From the IMG/VR virus record IMGVR_UViG_2541047948_000009: a DNA stretch of 45,296 nucleotides; one strand, 5' to 3'. Below the pieces are notes generated by a model. That model saw only the letters and a list, made by a program, of their open reading frames with translations, did not search any database and was not told the origin of the DNA. Each line of letters starts with the position of its first letter. The stretch's first letter is position 1. Shown one piece after another: positions 19,308 through 29,167 of the stretch. The translations under genes were made by a program, and so were the position numbers. The stretch is from a virus. Taxonomy: Duplodnaviria > Heunggongvirae > Uroviricota > Caudoviricetes.

Positions 19308-19512
19308 GGTAGAAAATATTACAAACCATATTCACTTTAGATGCCCGTGTTGCCATGGTTCTCAGTATAGAACATCATCTTTTGATGTTTCTGACAGAAA
19401 TCCTTTCGGGGCAAAATGTATCTTTTGTAAATCAATGATGATTACATTTGATAATATTTCACAATACTTAAATGTTAGCCATCTGTCGTTAGATTTAAGA
19501 AAGTGAAAATGA

Positions 19513-19536
19513 AGGCTCCTTCGGGAGCTTTTTTGC
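19513..19536 (+). terminator. Intrinsic terminator
   Basis: GGCTCC-ttcg-GGAGCT followed by TTTTTTG. Confidence 0.5.
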
Positions 19537-19616
19537 TTAGTGTCTAGTCGATGGATACTCACATATTACGGTAACATTATGAAAAAAATAATAGTTTTTT
19601 TAACTCTGAACCAGCA

Positions 19617-19808
19617 ATGGTAGTGCCAGTGATGACCGGAGTTAACACCATCATGCGTGAATATCCAAATGGCGAAACAACACACCTCACTGTAATGGCT
19701 GCAGGGTTTCCATCTCTGACCGGAGATCATAAAGTCATTTATGTAGCAGCGGATCGACATGTAACTTCAGAAGAAATTCTGGAAGCAGCAATGAGACTCT
19801 TGAATTGA
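19617..19808 (+). CDS. Hypothetical small protein
   Basis: 63 aa ORF with plausible composition; no clear RBS. Confidence 0.25.
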   Translation: MVVPVMTGVNTIMREYPNGETTHLTVMAAGFPSLTGDHKVIYVAADRHVTSEEILEAAMRLLN

Positions 19809-19980
19809 TTTGATTCTAATGCATTGATAATAAATGATAATCATCTTTATCTGTTTGTGTGAAATTTAGACCGTCGTATGTTGATTATTGCGATGTTTCA
19901 TCTTATCTTTTATACGTTTGCTCCATATAATTGACACTACTGTGTACCAGGACAGTCATAACAGACTAAAAGAGGAAATG

Positions 19981-20154
19981 ATGAACATTGAAGAGTTAAA
20001 AACAAAAACAGAAGCAGATATTTCTGAATATATAACAAAAAAAATCATTGAGCTTAAGAAAAAGACCGGGAAAGAAGTTACCAGTATCCAGTTTACTGCA
20101 CGGGAAAAAATGACTGGTCTTGAAAGCTATGATATCAAGATTGATTTAATCTAG
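19981..20154 (+). CDS. gnsB: GnsA/GnsB-family small protein
   Basis: Start at second ATG (AAAGAGGA RBS), 57 aa; MNIEELKTKTEADISEYITKKIIELKKKTGKEVTSIQFTAREKMTGLESYDIKIDLI resembles recalled GnsB. Confidence 0.6.
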   Translation: MNIEELKTKTEADISEYITKKIIELKKKTGKEVTSIQFTAREKMTGLESYDIKIDLI

Positions 20155-20449
20155 CATGTTTATAGTATTAGCATCAATTTCTCATCAGATGCTATTCAAC
20201 AATACAAATTACCCATAAACCTCGTTTTTACGGGGTTTTGTTATATTTAAACATTACCGAATAGATATAAATCTCGATTGTCAATGGTATTGGTTGTGTG
20301 ACAATACCTAGTCTTTCCGGTATGCCTGAAGAGAATACAAACGACAGATTATGTAAGGGAAACGCGCTGAAACTTTCACTCTTTCATGCTGAGTGATTTG
20401 ACGTTATATTTTTAGCCGCAAGTGAAGAGCAAACGAATGGAGCGACAAA

Positions 20450-20656
20450 ATGCATAAAGATCAATACACTGATGCCCCCTCCCAGGAGCAGGTTCGTGTA
20501 AAAACTATGCTTAATAGCACCATTTCGATGGGTTACCCGGATGTTGTAATTGCATGTATAGAACATCAAGTATCTCTGGAAGCATTCAGGGCAATTGAGG
20601 CCGCGTTAGTAAAGCACGATAAGAATACGAAGGATTATTCCCTGGTGGTTGACTGA
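20450..20656 (+). CDS. Hypothetical small protein
   Basis: 68 aa ORF with GGAG upstream; unknown function. Confidence 0.35.
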   Translation: MHKDQYTDAPSQEQVRVKTMLNSTISMGYPDVVIACIEHQVSLEAFRAIEAALVKHDKNTKDYSLVVD

Positions 20657-21009
20657 TCACCATAACTGCTAACCATTCTGACCATTTCACAAGTGACAGA
20701 GTCAATATCGTATTCTGTCACTGTAAGGCTAATACAGTACTGCAATTCAACTACAGCAATGCCTCGTATTTAGGTGAATTTACAATATCGTCCAGTTCGG
20801 ATGCCGGCTGCATTTCTGAAGATAAGGCATTTCGGTTCGCGTATTTTCCCCTCATGCTCGTCAGTCCTGCGCGTAGTAAGAAACAGGACACTCACACTAA
20901 TTTGTGTGGGCATGCTGTGATGTCCTTCTGAATTATCCCCATGCCATTATGTAACGCTCTGTTTCAGATGCTCGTCACGGTTGTCAGGCTGTCGGGTCCT
21001 CCCAGTGGG

Positions 21010-21045
21010 GGTCCCTGCCACGGGGCGGGAGCGTCGCGGAAAAAG
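21010..21045. other. Putative cos site (cosN-like core) upstream of the small terminase gene
   Basis: CCACGGGGCGGGAGCGTCGCGG resembles the lambda cosN region TTACGGGGCGGCGACCTCGCGG (memory-based); GGGTCCT upstream, like the lambda right end; position matches cos-Nu1 arrangement. Confidence 0.45.
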
Positions 21046-21208
21046 GCTAGTTTTTGCATTTTTATCGGCCACCATCATCTTTGCATCTTATTGATTATTA
21101 ATGGTTGTTTGTTTTTTGTATGTCGAGTTGAGTGTTTTTTGTTCGACATCGAACGCGTTTTCTTAAAGTTGTTCGCACGATGCATGTTTAAAGCTCTCCG
21201 GAGGAAAT

Positions 21209-21700
21209 ATGGATCATGAGTTGAAAAACCTGGTGCTGAATATTAATCAACTGGCGGCTTTATCTGGTCTGCACCGCCAGACTGTCGTGGCAAGACTGAA
21301 AAACATTCGTCCCGCTGGTGGACATGACAAACTCAAGCTATACCGGTTGACCGATATTCTGACTGAATTTATGGGGTTACCACCGCCGGTTGCTGAGGGC
21401 GAAATGGATCCACATGAACGCAAAGCCTGGTATCAGTCTGAACGTGAGCGTCTTAAGTTCGAACAGGAAACGGCACAACTCATTCCGGCCAGTGATGTCA
21501 GACGGGAGTTTGCCATCTGGGCAAAAGCGGTCGTGCAGGTGCTGGAGACATTACCGGATATTCTGGAACGTGACTGCGGCCTGCAGCCTGCCGCTGTGAG
21601 CCGTGTTCAGTCCATTATTGATGATCTGCGCGATCAGATAGCCCTGCGGGTGACCGAAGCAGGTGCGGATGATGAGGAGGAATTACAGCAGGAGGAGTAA
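21209..21700 (+). CDS. Terminase small subunit (Nu1-like)
   Basis: 163 aa; N-terminal HTH (LNINQLAALSGLHRQTVVARLKN), acidic C-terminus; TAATG coupling to the large subunit. Confidence 0.8.
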   Translation: MDHELKNLVLNINQLAALSGLHRQTVVARLKNIRPAGGHDKLKLYRLTDILTEFMGLPPPVAEGEMDPHERKAWYQSERERLKFEQETAQLIPASDVRREFAIWAKAVVQVLETLPDILERDCGLQPAAVSRVQSIIDDLRDQIALRVTEAGADDEEELQQEE

Positions 21701-23802
21701 TGCTGAATCAGGAAACCGCAAAGGCAGCACGAACCGATTCAGGTTATATCCTTCGCGCACCGAGACGAATGCGGGTTGCTGATGCCGTTGCTCAGTATAT
21801 GCGGGTGCCCATGGGGGCCGGGAACTCAGTCCCGTGGGATCCGCTGGTGGCACCGTATGTTATTGAGCCGATGAACTGCCTGGCCTCGCGTGAATACGAC
21901 GCAGTGATATTTGTTGGCCCGGCACGAACTGGCAAGACTATCGGCCTGATTGACGGCTGGGTGATTTACAACGTGATTTGCGATCCTGCTGATATGCTGA
22001 TCATTCAGATGACGGAGGAAAAAGCCCGCGAACACTCCAAAAAACGACTTGCCAGAACGTTTCGCGTCAGCCCGGAAGTGGTCAGTCGCCTGAGTCCGAA
22101 CAAAAATGACAACAACGTTTATGACAGAACATTCCTTGCTGGCAACTACCTGAAAATCGGCTGGCCGTCAGTCAATATCATGTCCTCATCAGATTATAAA
22201 TGCGTGGCGCTGACGGATTATGACCGTTTTCCGGAAGATATTGATGGCGAGGGGGATGCCTTCTCTCTTGCCTCAAAACGTACCACCACATTTATGTCCA
22301 GTGGTATGACGCTGGTGGAGAGTTCCCCCGGCAGGGATGTGAAGGATGTGAAATGGCGACGGACTTCACCGCATGAGGCTCCACCAACCACGGGGATACT
22401 GTCGCTCTATAACCGTGGCGATCGCCGTCGCTGGTACTGGCCCTGTCCACACTGTGGTGAGTATTTTCAGCCCTGCGGCGATGTGGTTGCTGGTTTCCGT
22501 GATATTGCCGATCCCGTGCTGGCAAGTGAGGCGGCTTATATTCAGTGTCCTTCCTGTTCAGGACGGATTATGCCTGAACAAAAACGTGAGCTGAACGGAC
22601 GTGGGGTCTGGTTGCGGGATGGTGAATCCATCAATGCGGATGGCAGTCGTTATGGTGATCCCCGACGCTCACGTATTGCGTCATTCTGGATGGAGGGTCC
22701 GGCAGCTGCTTACCAGACACTCTCGCAACTCGTTTACAAACTGCTTGCTGCAGAACAGGAATACGAGACAACCGGAAGTGAAGAAACACTCAAGACGGTT
22801 ATCAATACCGACTGGGGATTACCTTATCTTCCCCGTGCCAGCATGGAGCAACGAAAAAGTGAACTGCTTGAGCAGCGGGCAGAGCCAGTTCCTTCCCGCA
22901 GTGTGCCGGATGGCGTTAATTTCCTGGTGGCGACAGTTGATGTGCAGGCGGGACGTCATCGCCGTTTTGTGGTTCAGGTAACGGGCTATGGCAGCCGTGG
23001 CGAACGCTGGATTATTGATCGTTACAACATCACGCAGTCATTGCGCGGTGACAGCGACGGGGAGAGCCAGCGAATTGATCCGGCCAGCTATCCGGAAGAC
23101 TGGGATGTCCTGCTGACGGATGTTTTTCATAAAAGCTGGCCGCTGGCCTCCGATCCTTCTCAACAAATGCGACTGATGGCAATGGCGGTGGACTCCGGCG
23201 GTGAAGACGGAGTCACTGATAATGCCTATAAATTCTGGCGTCGTTGCCGTCGTGATGGCCTTGGTAAACGTATTTACCTGTTTAAGGGCGACAGCATCCG
23301 GCGCGCAAAACTGATCACCCGTACATTCCCTGATAACACCGGACGAACGGGCCGACGGGCGCAGGCCGCAGGTGATGTACCGCTCTGGCTTCTTCAGACG
23401 GATGCCCTGAAAGACCGGGTGAATAACGCGTTATGGCGTGACTCGCCAGGTCCCGGCTATGTGCATTTCCCTGACTGGCTGGGGAGCTGGTTTTACGACG
23501 AACTGACGTATGAAGAGCGGAGCAGTGACGGGAAATGGAGTAAGCCGGGTCGCGGTGCCAACGAAGCTTTTGACCTGATGGTGTATGCCGAGGCTCTGGT
23601 CATTCTGCATGGATACGAAAAGATCCGCTGGCCGGATGCACCGGAGTGGGCGAGCCGGGAAACCTGGCTGGAGTGTGTCCCGGACAGTACCGAACCGTCA
23701 CCCACACCGGAACCGGTATCCACGCCTGTTAAAAAACAAAAACGGAAGAAAACAGTAACTGACGATGTTAACCCCTGGCTGACTTCCGGAGGATGGTTAT
23801 GA
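21700..23802 (+). CDS. Terminase large subunit (gpA-like ATPase/nuclease)
   Basis: 700 aa; Walker A-like GPARTGKT; position after Nu1 and before W/portal. Confidence 0.9.
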   Translation: MLNQETAKAARTDSGYILRAPRRMRVADAVAQYMRVPMGAGNSVPWDPLVAPYVIEPMNCLASREYDAVIFVGPARTGKTIGLIDGWVIYNVICDPADMLIIQMTEEKAREHSKKRLARTFRVSPEVVSRLSPNKNDNNVYDRTFLAGNYLKIGWPSVNIMSSSDYKCVALTDYDRFPEDIDGEGDAFSLASKRTTTFMSSGMTLVESSPGRDVKDVKWRRTSPHEAPPTTGILSLYNRGDRRRWYWPCPHCGEYFQPCGDVVAGFRDIADPVLASEAAYIQCPSCSGRIMPEQKRELNGRGVWLRDGESINADGSRYGDPRRSRIASFWMEGPAAAYQTLSQLVYKLLAAEQEYETTGSEETLKTVINTDWGLPYLPRASMEQRKSELLEQRAEPVPSRSVPDGVNFLVATVDVQAGRHRRFVVQVTGYGSRGERWIIDRYNITQSLRGDSDGESQRIDPASYPEDWDVLLTDVFHKSWPLASDPSQQMRLMAMAVDSGGEDGVTDNAYKFWRRCRRDGLGKRIYLFKGDSIRRAKLITRTFPDNTGRTGRRAQAAGDVPLWLLQTDALKDRVNNALWRDSPGPGYVHFPDWLGSWFYDELTYEERSSDGKWSKPGRGANEAFDLMVYAEALVILHGYEKIRWPDAPEWASRETWLECVPDSTEPSPTPEPVSTPVKKQKRKKTVTDDVNPWLTSGGWL

Positions 23803-24011
23803 ACCAGAATGATATCGAAGCCATGATTCAGCGTTATACGGAAGCTGAAATGGCGGTGCTGGACGGAAAATCCGTCACCTTTAATGGTCAGCAGATGACC
23901 ATGGAAAACTTATCTGAGATCCGGCAGGGACGGCAGGAGTGGGAGCGCCGCCTTGCGGCTCTGATTACACGACGACGGGGGCATCCCGGGTACCGGCTTG
24001 CGAGGTTCTGA
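23793..24011 (+). CDS. Head-tail joining protein gpW-like
   Basis: 72 aa; C-terminal ITRRRGHPGY resembles lambda W C-terminus (RRRGPAGF). Confidence 0.65.
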   Translation: MVMNQNDIEAMIQRYTEAEMAVLDGKSVTFNGQQMTMENLSEIRQGRQEWERRLAALITRRRGHPGYRLARF

Positions 24012-25519
24012 TGGCAATTCTTGATGATGTGATTGGCGTTTTTTCACCAGGATGGAAAGCGGCAAGGCTGCGTTCCCGTGCGGTGATCCAGGCTTATGAG
24101 GCCGTAAAAACGACGCGGACACACAAAGCCCGGCGGGAAAACCGAACTGCCGACCAGTTAAGCCAGTACGGGGCCGTGTCGTTACGTGAGCAGGCCCGTT
24201 ACCTTGATAACAACCACGATCTGGTCATTGGTGTATTTGACAAGCTGGAAGAACGGGTGGTGGGGAAAAACGGGATTATTGTCGAGCCACATCCGGTATT
24301 ACGCAATGGGGCCATTGCCCGTGATCTGGCAGCGGAGATACGCACCCGATGGAGTGAATGGTCTGTCAGTCCGGAAGTCACCGGGCAGTTTACCCGTCCG
24401 ATGCTGGAACGTCTGATGTTGCGTACCTGGCTGCGCGATGGTGAGGTGTTTGCCCAGATGGTTTCCGGGCGCATAAACAGCCTGACGCCTTCTGCCGGTG
24501 TTCATTTCTGGCTGGAGGCGCTCGAGCCGGACTTTATTCCCATGACCAGTGATGAGAGCAACAGGCTGAATCAGGGCGTGTTTGTTGATGACTGGGGGCG
24601 TCCCGAAAAATATCTGGTGTATAAAAGCCGTCCCGTATCCGGACGGCAGATGGAAACCAAAGAAGTGGATGCAGAGCGAATGCTGCATCTTAAATTTGTT
24701 CGCCGTCTGCACCAGATGCGCGGGACGTCTTTGTTGTCCGGTGTGCTGATCCGCCTCAGTGCCCTGAAAGAGTATGAAGATTCTGAGCTGACTGCAGCAA
24801 GGATCGCCGCTGCTCTGGGGATGTACATCCGGAAAGGCGACGGGCAGAGCTATGAACCGGATGGTAATGGCAGCAAGGATAAGGAACGCGAGCTTACCAT
24901 TCAGCCAGGCATTATTTACGACGATCTGAAACCCGGCGAAGAAATCGGAATGGTGAAGTCGGATCGCCCCAATCCTAATCTTGAAACTTTTCGTAATGGT
25001 CAGTTGCGTGCCGTGGCGGCGGGCAGTCGTCTGAGTTTTTCCAGTACAGCGCGCAACTATAACGGCACTTACAGCGCCCAGCGTCAGGAGCTGGTTGAAT
25101 CCACTGATGGCTACCTGATCCTGCAGGACTGGTTTATTGGTGCCGTCACCCGCCCGATGTATCGTGCCTGGCTGAAACAGGCTGTGGCATCCGGTGTTAT
25201 CAGGCTACCCCGCGATCTTGATCGTTCTTCACTGTATACCGCGGTGTATTCCGGACCGGTGATGCCGTGGATTGACCCTGTTAAGGAGGCTGAGGCCTGG
25301 AAAATTCAGATTCGTGGTGGAGCGGCGACAGAATCAGACTGGGTACGTGCAGGTGGTCGTAATCCAGATGATGTCAAACGTCGGCGCAAGGCCGAAATTG
25401 ATGAAAACCGCAAGCTGGATCTGGTATTTGATACCGATCCGGCCAGTGATAAAGGAGGCAGCAGTGCCGCAACGAAACGACAGGAGCCGCAGCACACCGA
25501 CGACCAGTCCGAAGAATAA
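24011..25519 (+). CDS. Portal protein (gpB-like)
   Basis: Start at ATG 24011 (TGATG overlap with W), about 502 aa; lambda-like gene order. Confidence 0.85.
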   Translation: MAILDDVIGVFSPGWKAARLRSRAVIQAYEAVKTTRTHKARRENRTADQLSQYGAVSLREQARYLDNNHDLVIGVFDKLEERVVGKNGIIVEPHPVLRNGAIARDLAAEIRTRWSEWSVSPEVTGQFTRPMLERLMLRTWLRDGEVFAQMVSGRINSLTPSAGVHFWLEALEPDFIPMTSDESNRLNQGVFVDDWGRPEKYLVYKSRPVSGRQMETKEVDAERMLHLKFVRRLHQMRGTSLLSGVLIRLSALKEYEDSELTAARIAAALGMYIRKGDGQSYEPDGNGSKDKERELTIQPGIIYDDLKPGEEIGMVKSDRPNPNLETFRNGQLRAVAAGSRLSFSSTARNYNGTYSAQRQELVESTDGYLILQDWFIGAVTRPMYRAWLKQAVASGVIRLPRDLDRSSLYTAVYSGPVMPWIDPVKEAEAWKIQIRGGAATESDWVRAGGRNPDDVKRRRKAEIDENRKLDLVFDTDPASDKGGSSAATKRQEPQHTDDQSEE

Positions 25520-25532
25520 TTCCTGGTTCAGG

Positions 25533-27491
25533 ATGCAGGCAGGTCACCAGAGTGACGCGGATATTTATATTTATGACGAGATTGGTTTCTGGGGTGTTAC
25601 GGCGAAGCAGTTTATCAGTGATCTGAATGCACTGGGCGATATCACCCACATTAATCTCCATATTAATTCACCGGGTGGCGATGTCTTTGAAGGCATCGCC
25701 ATTTTTAATGCACTGAAAACACATGGTGCGTCCATTACCGTTTATGTCGACGGTGTGGCGGCGTCAATGGCGTCGGTCATTGCGATGGTGGGAAACCCGG
25801 TCATTATGCCGGAAAACTCCTTCATGATGATTCATAAACCATTTGGCTTTACGGGCGGTGATGCGGAGGACATGCGCACCTATGCCGACCTGCTCGATAA
25901 AGTTGAGGCGGTTCTGTTACCCGCTTATGCACAGAAAACCGGGAAAACCACCGATGAAATTGCTGCCATGCTGGCGGATGAGACCTGGATGTCCGGTGCC
26001 GAATGTCTGGCACAGGGATTTGCTGATCAGGTGACACCAGCCGTTAAGGCAATGGCATGTATTCAGTCAAAACGTACAGAGGAATTTAAAAAGATGCCGG
26101 AATCCATTCGAAATATGATTACTCCGCCACGCAACAGTGCTCCACGCGTACAGGATGATGGACCTGCAGCCTCCCGGACGCCAGTGCAGGCAGCAGCACC
26201 CGTGGTGGATGAAAACAGCATCCGTGCGCAGGTCCTGGCAGAGCAAAAAGCGCGTGTAAACGGTATTAATGATCTGTTTGCCATGTTTGGCGGGCGTTAT
26301 CAGTCGTTGCAGGCTCAGTGTCTTGCCGATCCTGAATGTTCGCTGGAGCAGGCCCGCGAAAAGCTGTTGAACGAGATGGGGCGCGAGTCCACGCCATCCA
26401 ATAAAAATACCCCGGCTCATATTTATGCCGGTAACGGTAATTTTGTGGGGGACGGGATCCGCCAGGCGCTGATGGCGCGCGCCGGGTTTGAAAAAACTGA
26501 ACGTGATAATGTCTACAACGGGATGACCCTGCGTGAATATGCCCGTATGTCACTGACTGAACGTGGTATTGGTGTTTCCAGTTATAACCCGATGCAGATG
26601 GTCGGTGCGGCGTTCACACACAGTACGTCTGACTTCGGTAATATTCTGCTGGATGTTGCGAACAAAGCCATTCTGCAGGGCTGGGAAGATGCCCCTGAAA
26701 CCTATGAACAGTGGACGCGGAAAGGTCAGTTGTCTGATTTTAAAATTGCCCATCGTGTGGGTATGGGGGGCTTCAGTGCTCTGCGTCAGGTGCGTGAAGG
26801 GGCAGAATATAAATACGTCACCACCGGAGATAAACAGGCCACTATTGCACTGGCGACCTATGGCGAGCTGTTCAGTATCACCCGTCAGGCCATTATCAAT
26901 GATGATCTGAATATGCTGACCGATGTCCCGATGAAGCTGGGCCGTGCGGCGAAATCCACTATTGCCGATCTGGTTTATGCCATTCTGACGTCTAACCCGA
27001 AAATCTCCACAGATAATGTAAGTCTGTTCGATAAAGCGAAACATGCAAACGTACTGGAGAGCGCGGCAATGGACGTGGCATCGCTGGATAAAGCCCGCCA
27101 GTTGATGCGCGTTCAGAAAGAGGGTGAGCGTCATCTGAATATTCGTCCTGCGTTCGTACTGGTACCGACGGCGATGGAGTCTGTTGCTAACCAGGTCATT
27201 CGCTCCTCAAGTGTCAAGGGGGCTGACATTAACGCCGGTATTATTAACCCGGTGAAAGATTTTGCGACCGTTATTGCAGAGCCTCGTCTTGATGATAACA
27301 GCCAGACCACCTTCTACCTGGCTGCGTCCAAAGGCTCCGATACGATTGAAGTGGCTTATCTCAACGGTGTGGATACGCCATATATTGATCAGATGGAGGG
27401 CTTCAGTGTGGATGGCGTGACAACGAAAGTGCGTATTGACGCTGGTGTTGCGCCAGTTGATCACCGCGGCCTGGTGAAATGTACGGCGTAA
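25533..27491 (+). CDS. Fused head maturation protease (ClpP/S14 family), scaffold-like linker and HK97-fold major capsid protein
   Basis: Start at first ATG after the portal stop; N-terminal ClpP-like region (IYIYDEIGFWG...INSPGGDVFEG...SMASVIAMVG); coiled-coil middle; C-terminal about 330 aa capsid-like. Confidence 0.75.
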   Translation: MQAGHQSDADIYIYDEIGFWGVTAKQFISDLNALGDITHINLHINSPGGDVFEGIAIFNALKTHGASITVYVDGVAASMASVIAMVGNPVIMPENSFMMIHKPFGFTGGDAEDMRTYADLLDKVEAVLLPAYAQKTGKTTDEIAAMLADETWMSGAECLAQGFADQVTPAVKAMACIQSKRTEEFKKMPESIRNMITPPRNSAPRVQDDGPAASRTPVQAAAPVVDENSIRAQVLAEQKARVNGINDLFAMFGGRYQSLQAQCLADPECSLEQAREKLLNEMGRESTPSNKNTPAHIYAGNGNFVGDGIRQALMARAGFEKTERDNVYNGMTLREYARMSLTERGIGVSSYNPMQMVGAAFTHSTSDFGNILLDVANKAILQGWEDAPETYEQWTRKGQLSDFKIAHRVGMGGFSALRQVREGAEYKYVTTGDKQATIALATYGELFSITRQAIINDDLNMLTDVPMKLGRAAKSTIADLVYAILTSNPKISTDNVSLFDKAKHANVLESAAMDVASLDKARQLMRVQKEGERHLNIRPAFVLVPTAMESVANQVIRSSSVKGADINAGIINPVKDFATVIAEPRLDDNSQTTFYLAASKGSDTIEVAYLNGVDTPYIDQMEGFSVDGVTTKVRIDAGVAPVDHRGLVKCTA

Positions 27492-27577
27492 ACGTCGCAG
27501 ACAACAACTCTGATGGCCCGTAAGGGCTTTTTTTGTACCTGAAATCAGCCCCTGAACGGGGCTGTGCGGAGACAGTT

Positions 27578-27901
27578 ATGGCAAAGAATTTTGTAGAAGA
27601 AGGAAAAACGGTGGCGATTGTTGCCAGTGCAGCCATCAGCAGCGGAGATCTGGTGCAGGTGGGGGATGTTTTTGCGGTGGCGCTGACCGATATTCCACAG
27701 GGAGAAACAGGCGACGGCATAACCGAAGGTGTGTTTATGCTGCCTAAGCTGAAAACGGATGACATGAAAACGGGTAAGAAGGTTTATCTGAAGTCAGGAA
27801 AAGTTCAGCTGACTAACAGCGGCTCTGAGCCGCTGGTCGGGGTTGTCTGGGCAGATGCCGGAACCAGTGCAGAAGAAGTGCCGGTAAAACTCAATGTCTG
27901 A
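27578..27901 (+). CDS. Head-associated structural protein (DUF2190-like decoration/adaptor, tentative)
   Basis: Start at ATG 27578 (GGAGA RBS), 107 aa; immediately downstream of the capsid gene. Confidence 0.4.
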   Translation: MAKNFVEEGKTVAIVASAAISSGDLVQVGDVFAVALTDIPQGETGDGITEGVFMLPKLKTDDMKTGKKVYLKSGKVQLTNSGSEPLVGVVWADAGTSAEEVPVKLNV

Positions 27902-28169
27902 TCCCTTTTCCCGGCTGGCAGCGCGTATGGATGCGATCACGGTCAGAAAGATGGGAAAGACAGCCTCGATTAATGATGTCGATATGACTGTGATCCCGGG
28001 AGAAACACTGGCAGAGCTGAATGCTCTGTCCGGACCTGCGGTCTCTCTGGTGGTGTTTTCTTCGGGATACCGCCCACGGCGCGGGGATCGCGTTGTTTAT
28101 GACGGACAACAATGGACGGTCACACGGCATGAACGTTTTAACGGTAAGCCAATGATCTTTATTGAGTAA
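27894..28169 (+). CDS. Head-tail connector protein, gpFII-like
   Basis: 91 aa; RRGDRVVYDGQQWTVTRHERFNG parallels the lambda FII motif RRGDTLTIGEENFWVDRV; precedes Z. Confidence 0.55.
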   Translation: MSDPFSRLAARMDAITVRKMGKTASINDVDMTVIPGETLAELNALSGPAVSLVVFSSGYRPRRGDRVVYDGQQWTVTRHERFNGKPMIFIE

Positions 28170-28180
28170 AGAGGTGTGGG

Positions 28181-28759
28181 ATGAAGGGGCTTGAGAATGC
28201 CATCCGCAATCTGAACAGCCTTGATACCCGTATGGTGCCACAGGCCAGCGCATGGGCGATAAACCGTGTGGCACAGAAAGCGGTCTCGGTTGCCACCCGG
28301 CAGGTTGCCGGGAATACCGTTGCGGGAGATAACCAGGTGAAAGGGATCCCCCTGAAACTGGTACGTCAGCGTGTCCGGGTGTTTAAAGCCAGTCCGTCAG
28401 GAAAAATGACGGTCAGGATCCGCGTTAACCGGGGCAATCTGCCCGCCATTAAGCTGGGGACAGCCCGGGTCAGACTGGCCCGGCGTGGTGGAAAACTGCA
28501 GTACCGTGGCAGTGTGCTGAAGGTGGGTAAATATCTTTTCCGGGATGCGTTTATTCAGCAACTGGCGAATGGTCGCTGGCATGTGATGCGACGTATTGAT
28601 GGCAAAAATCGTTACCCCATTGATGTGGTGAAAATCCCGCTGTCCGGACCGCTGACACAGGCATTTGAAGATGCCCGCGACCACATCATTGCTGCGGAAA
28701 TGCCGAAACAGCTGGGGTATGCACTAAAACAACAACTGAGGTTATGGCTGACCCGATGA
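28181..28759 (+). CDS. Z: Minor tail protein Z
   Basis: 192 aa; N-terminus MKGLENAIRNLNSL resembles lambda Z; conserved order. Confidence 0.75.
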   Translation: MKGLENAIRNLNSLDTRMVPQASAWAINRVAQKAVSVATRQVAGNTVAGDNQVKGIPLKLVRQRVRVFKASPSGKMTVRIRVNRGNLPAIKLGTARVRLARRGGKLQYRGSVLKVGKYLFRDAFIQQLANGRWHVMRRIDGKNRYPIDVVKIPLSGPLTQAFEDARDHIIAAEMPKQLGYALKQQLRLWLTR

Positions 28760-29157
28760 ACCGACATACACAAATCCGCCAGGCCGTACTGGCACGCCTT
28801 CGGGAACAGTGTGGAGACAGCGCCACGTTTTTTGACGGGCTTCCGGCATTTATTGATGCGCAGGAACTGCCTGCCGTGGCGGTGTGGCTGAGTGATGCTC
28901 AGTACACCGGAAAAATGACGGATGAAGATGACTGGCAGGCTGTTCTGCATATTGCCGTCTTCATCCGGGCACAGGCACCGGATTCAGAGCTGGATATGTG
29001 GATGGAGAGCACCATTTTCCCTGCCCTGAATGATATACCGGCACTTTCCGGACTCATCGACACCCTGATCCCACTCGGTTTTAACTATCAACGTGATAAT
29101 GAGATGGCCACCTGGGCGATGGCGGAAATCACGTACCAGATCACGTACACGAATTAA
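28744..29157 (+). CDS. U: Tail terminator protein U
   Basis: ATFFDGLPAFIDAQELPAVAVWLSDAQYTGK...DSELDMWMES...IPALSGLI strongly matches recalled lambda U; true start may be ATG 28756. Confidence 0.85.
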   Translation: MADPMNRHTQIRQAVLARLREQCGDSATFFDGLPAFIDAQELPAVAVWLSDAQYTGKMTDEDDWQAVLHIAVFIRAQAPDSELDMWMESTIFPALNDIPALSGLIDTLIPLGFNYQRDNEMATWAMAEITYQITYTN

Positions 29158-29167
29158 GGAGGTGGTA

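Noticed and set aside
19320-19505. Possible small Cys-containing ORF (YnfN-like?) between cspI and its terminator
   Set aside because: The frame lacks a convincing start codon and RBS, and I cannot recall the YnfN sequence well enough to support a call.
20941-21219. 92-aa ORF upstream of the small terminase gene
   Set aside because: Overlaps the putative cos site; low-complexity Cys/His/Phe-rich translation; most likely non-coding.
26550-27134. 194-aa minus-strand ORF and other antisense ORFs inside the capsid, tape measure and terminase genes
   Set aside because: Antisense to strongly supported structural genes; typical spurious frames in GC-rich coding DNA.
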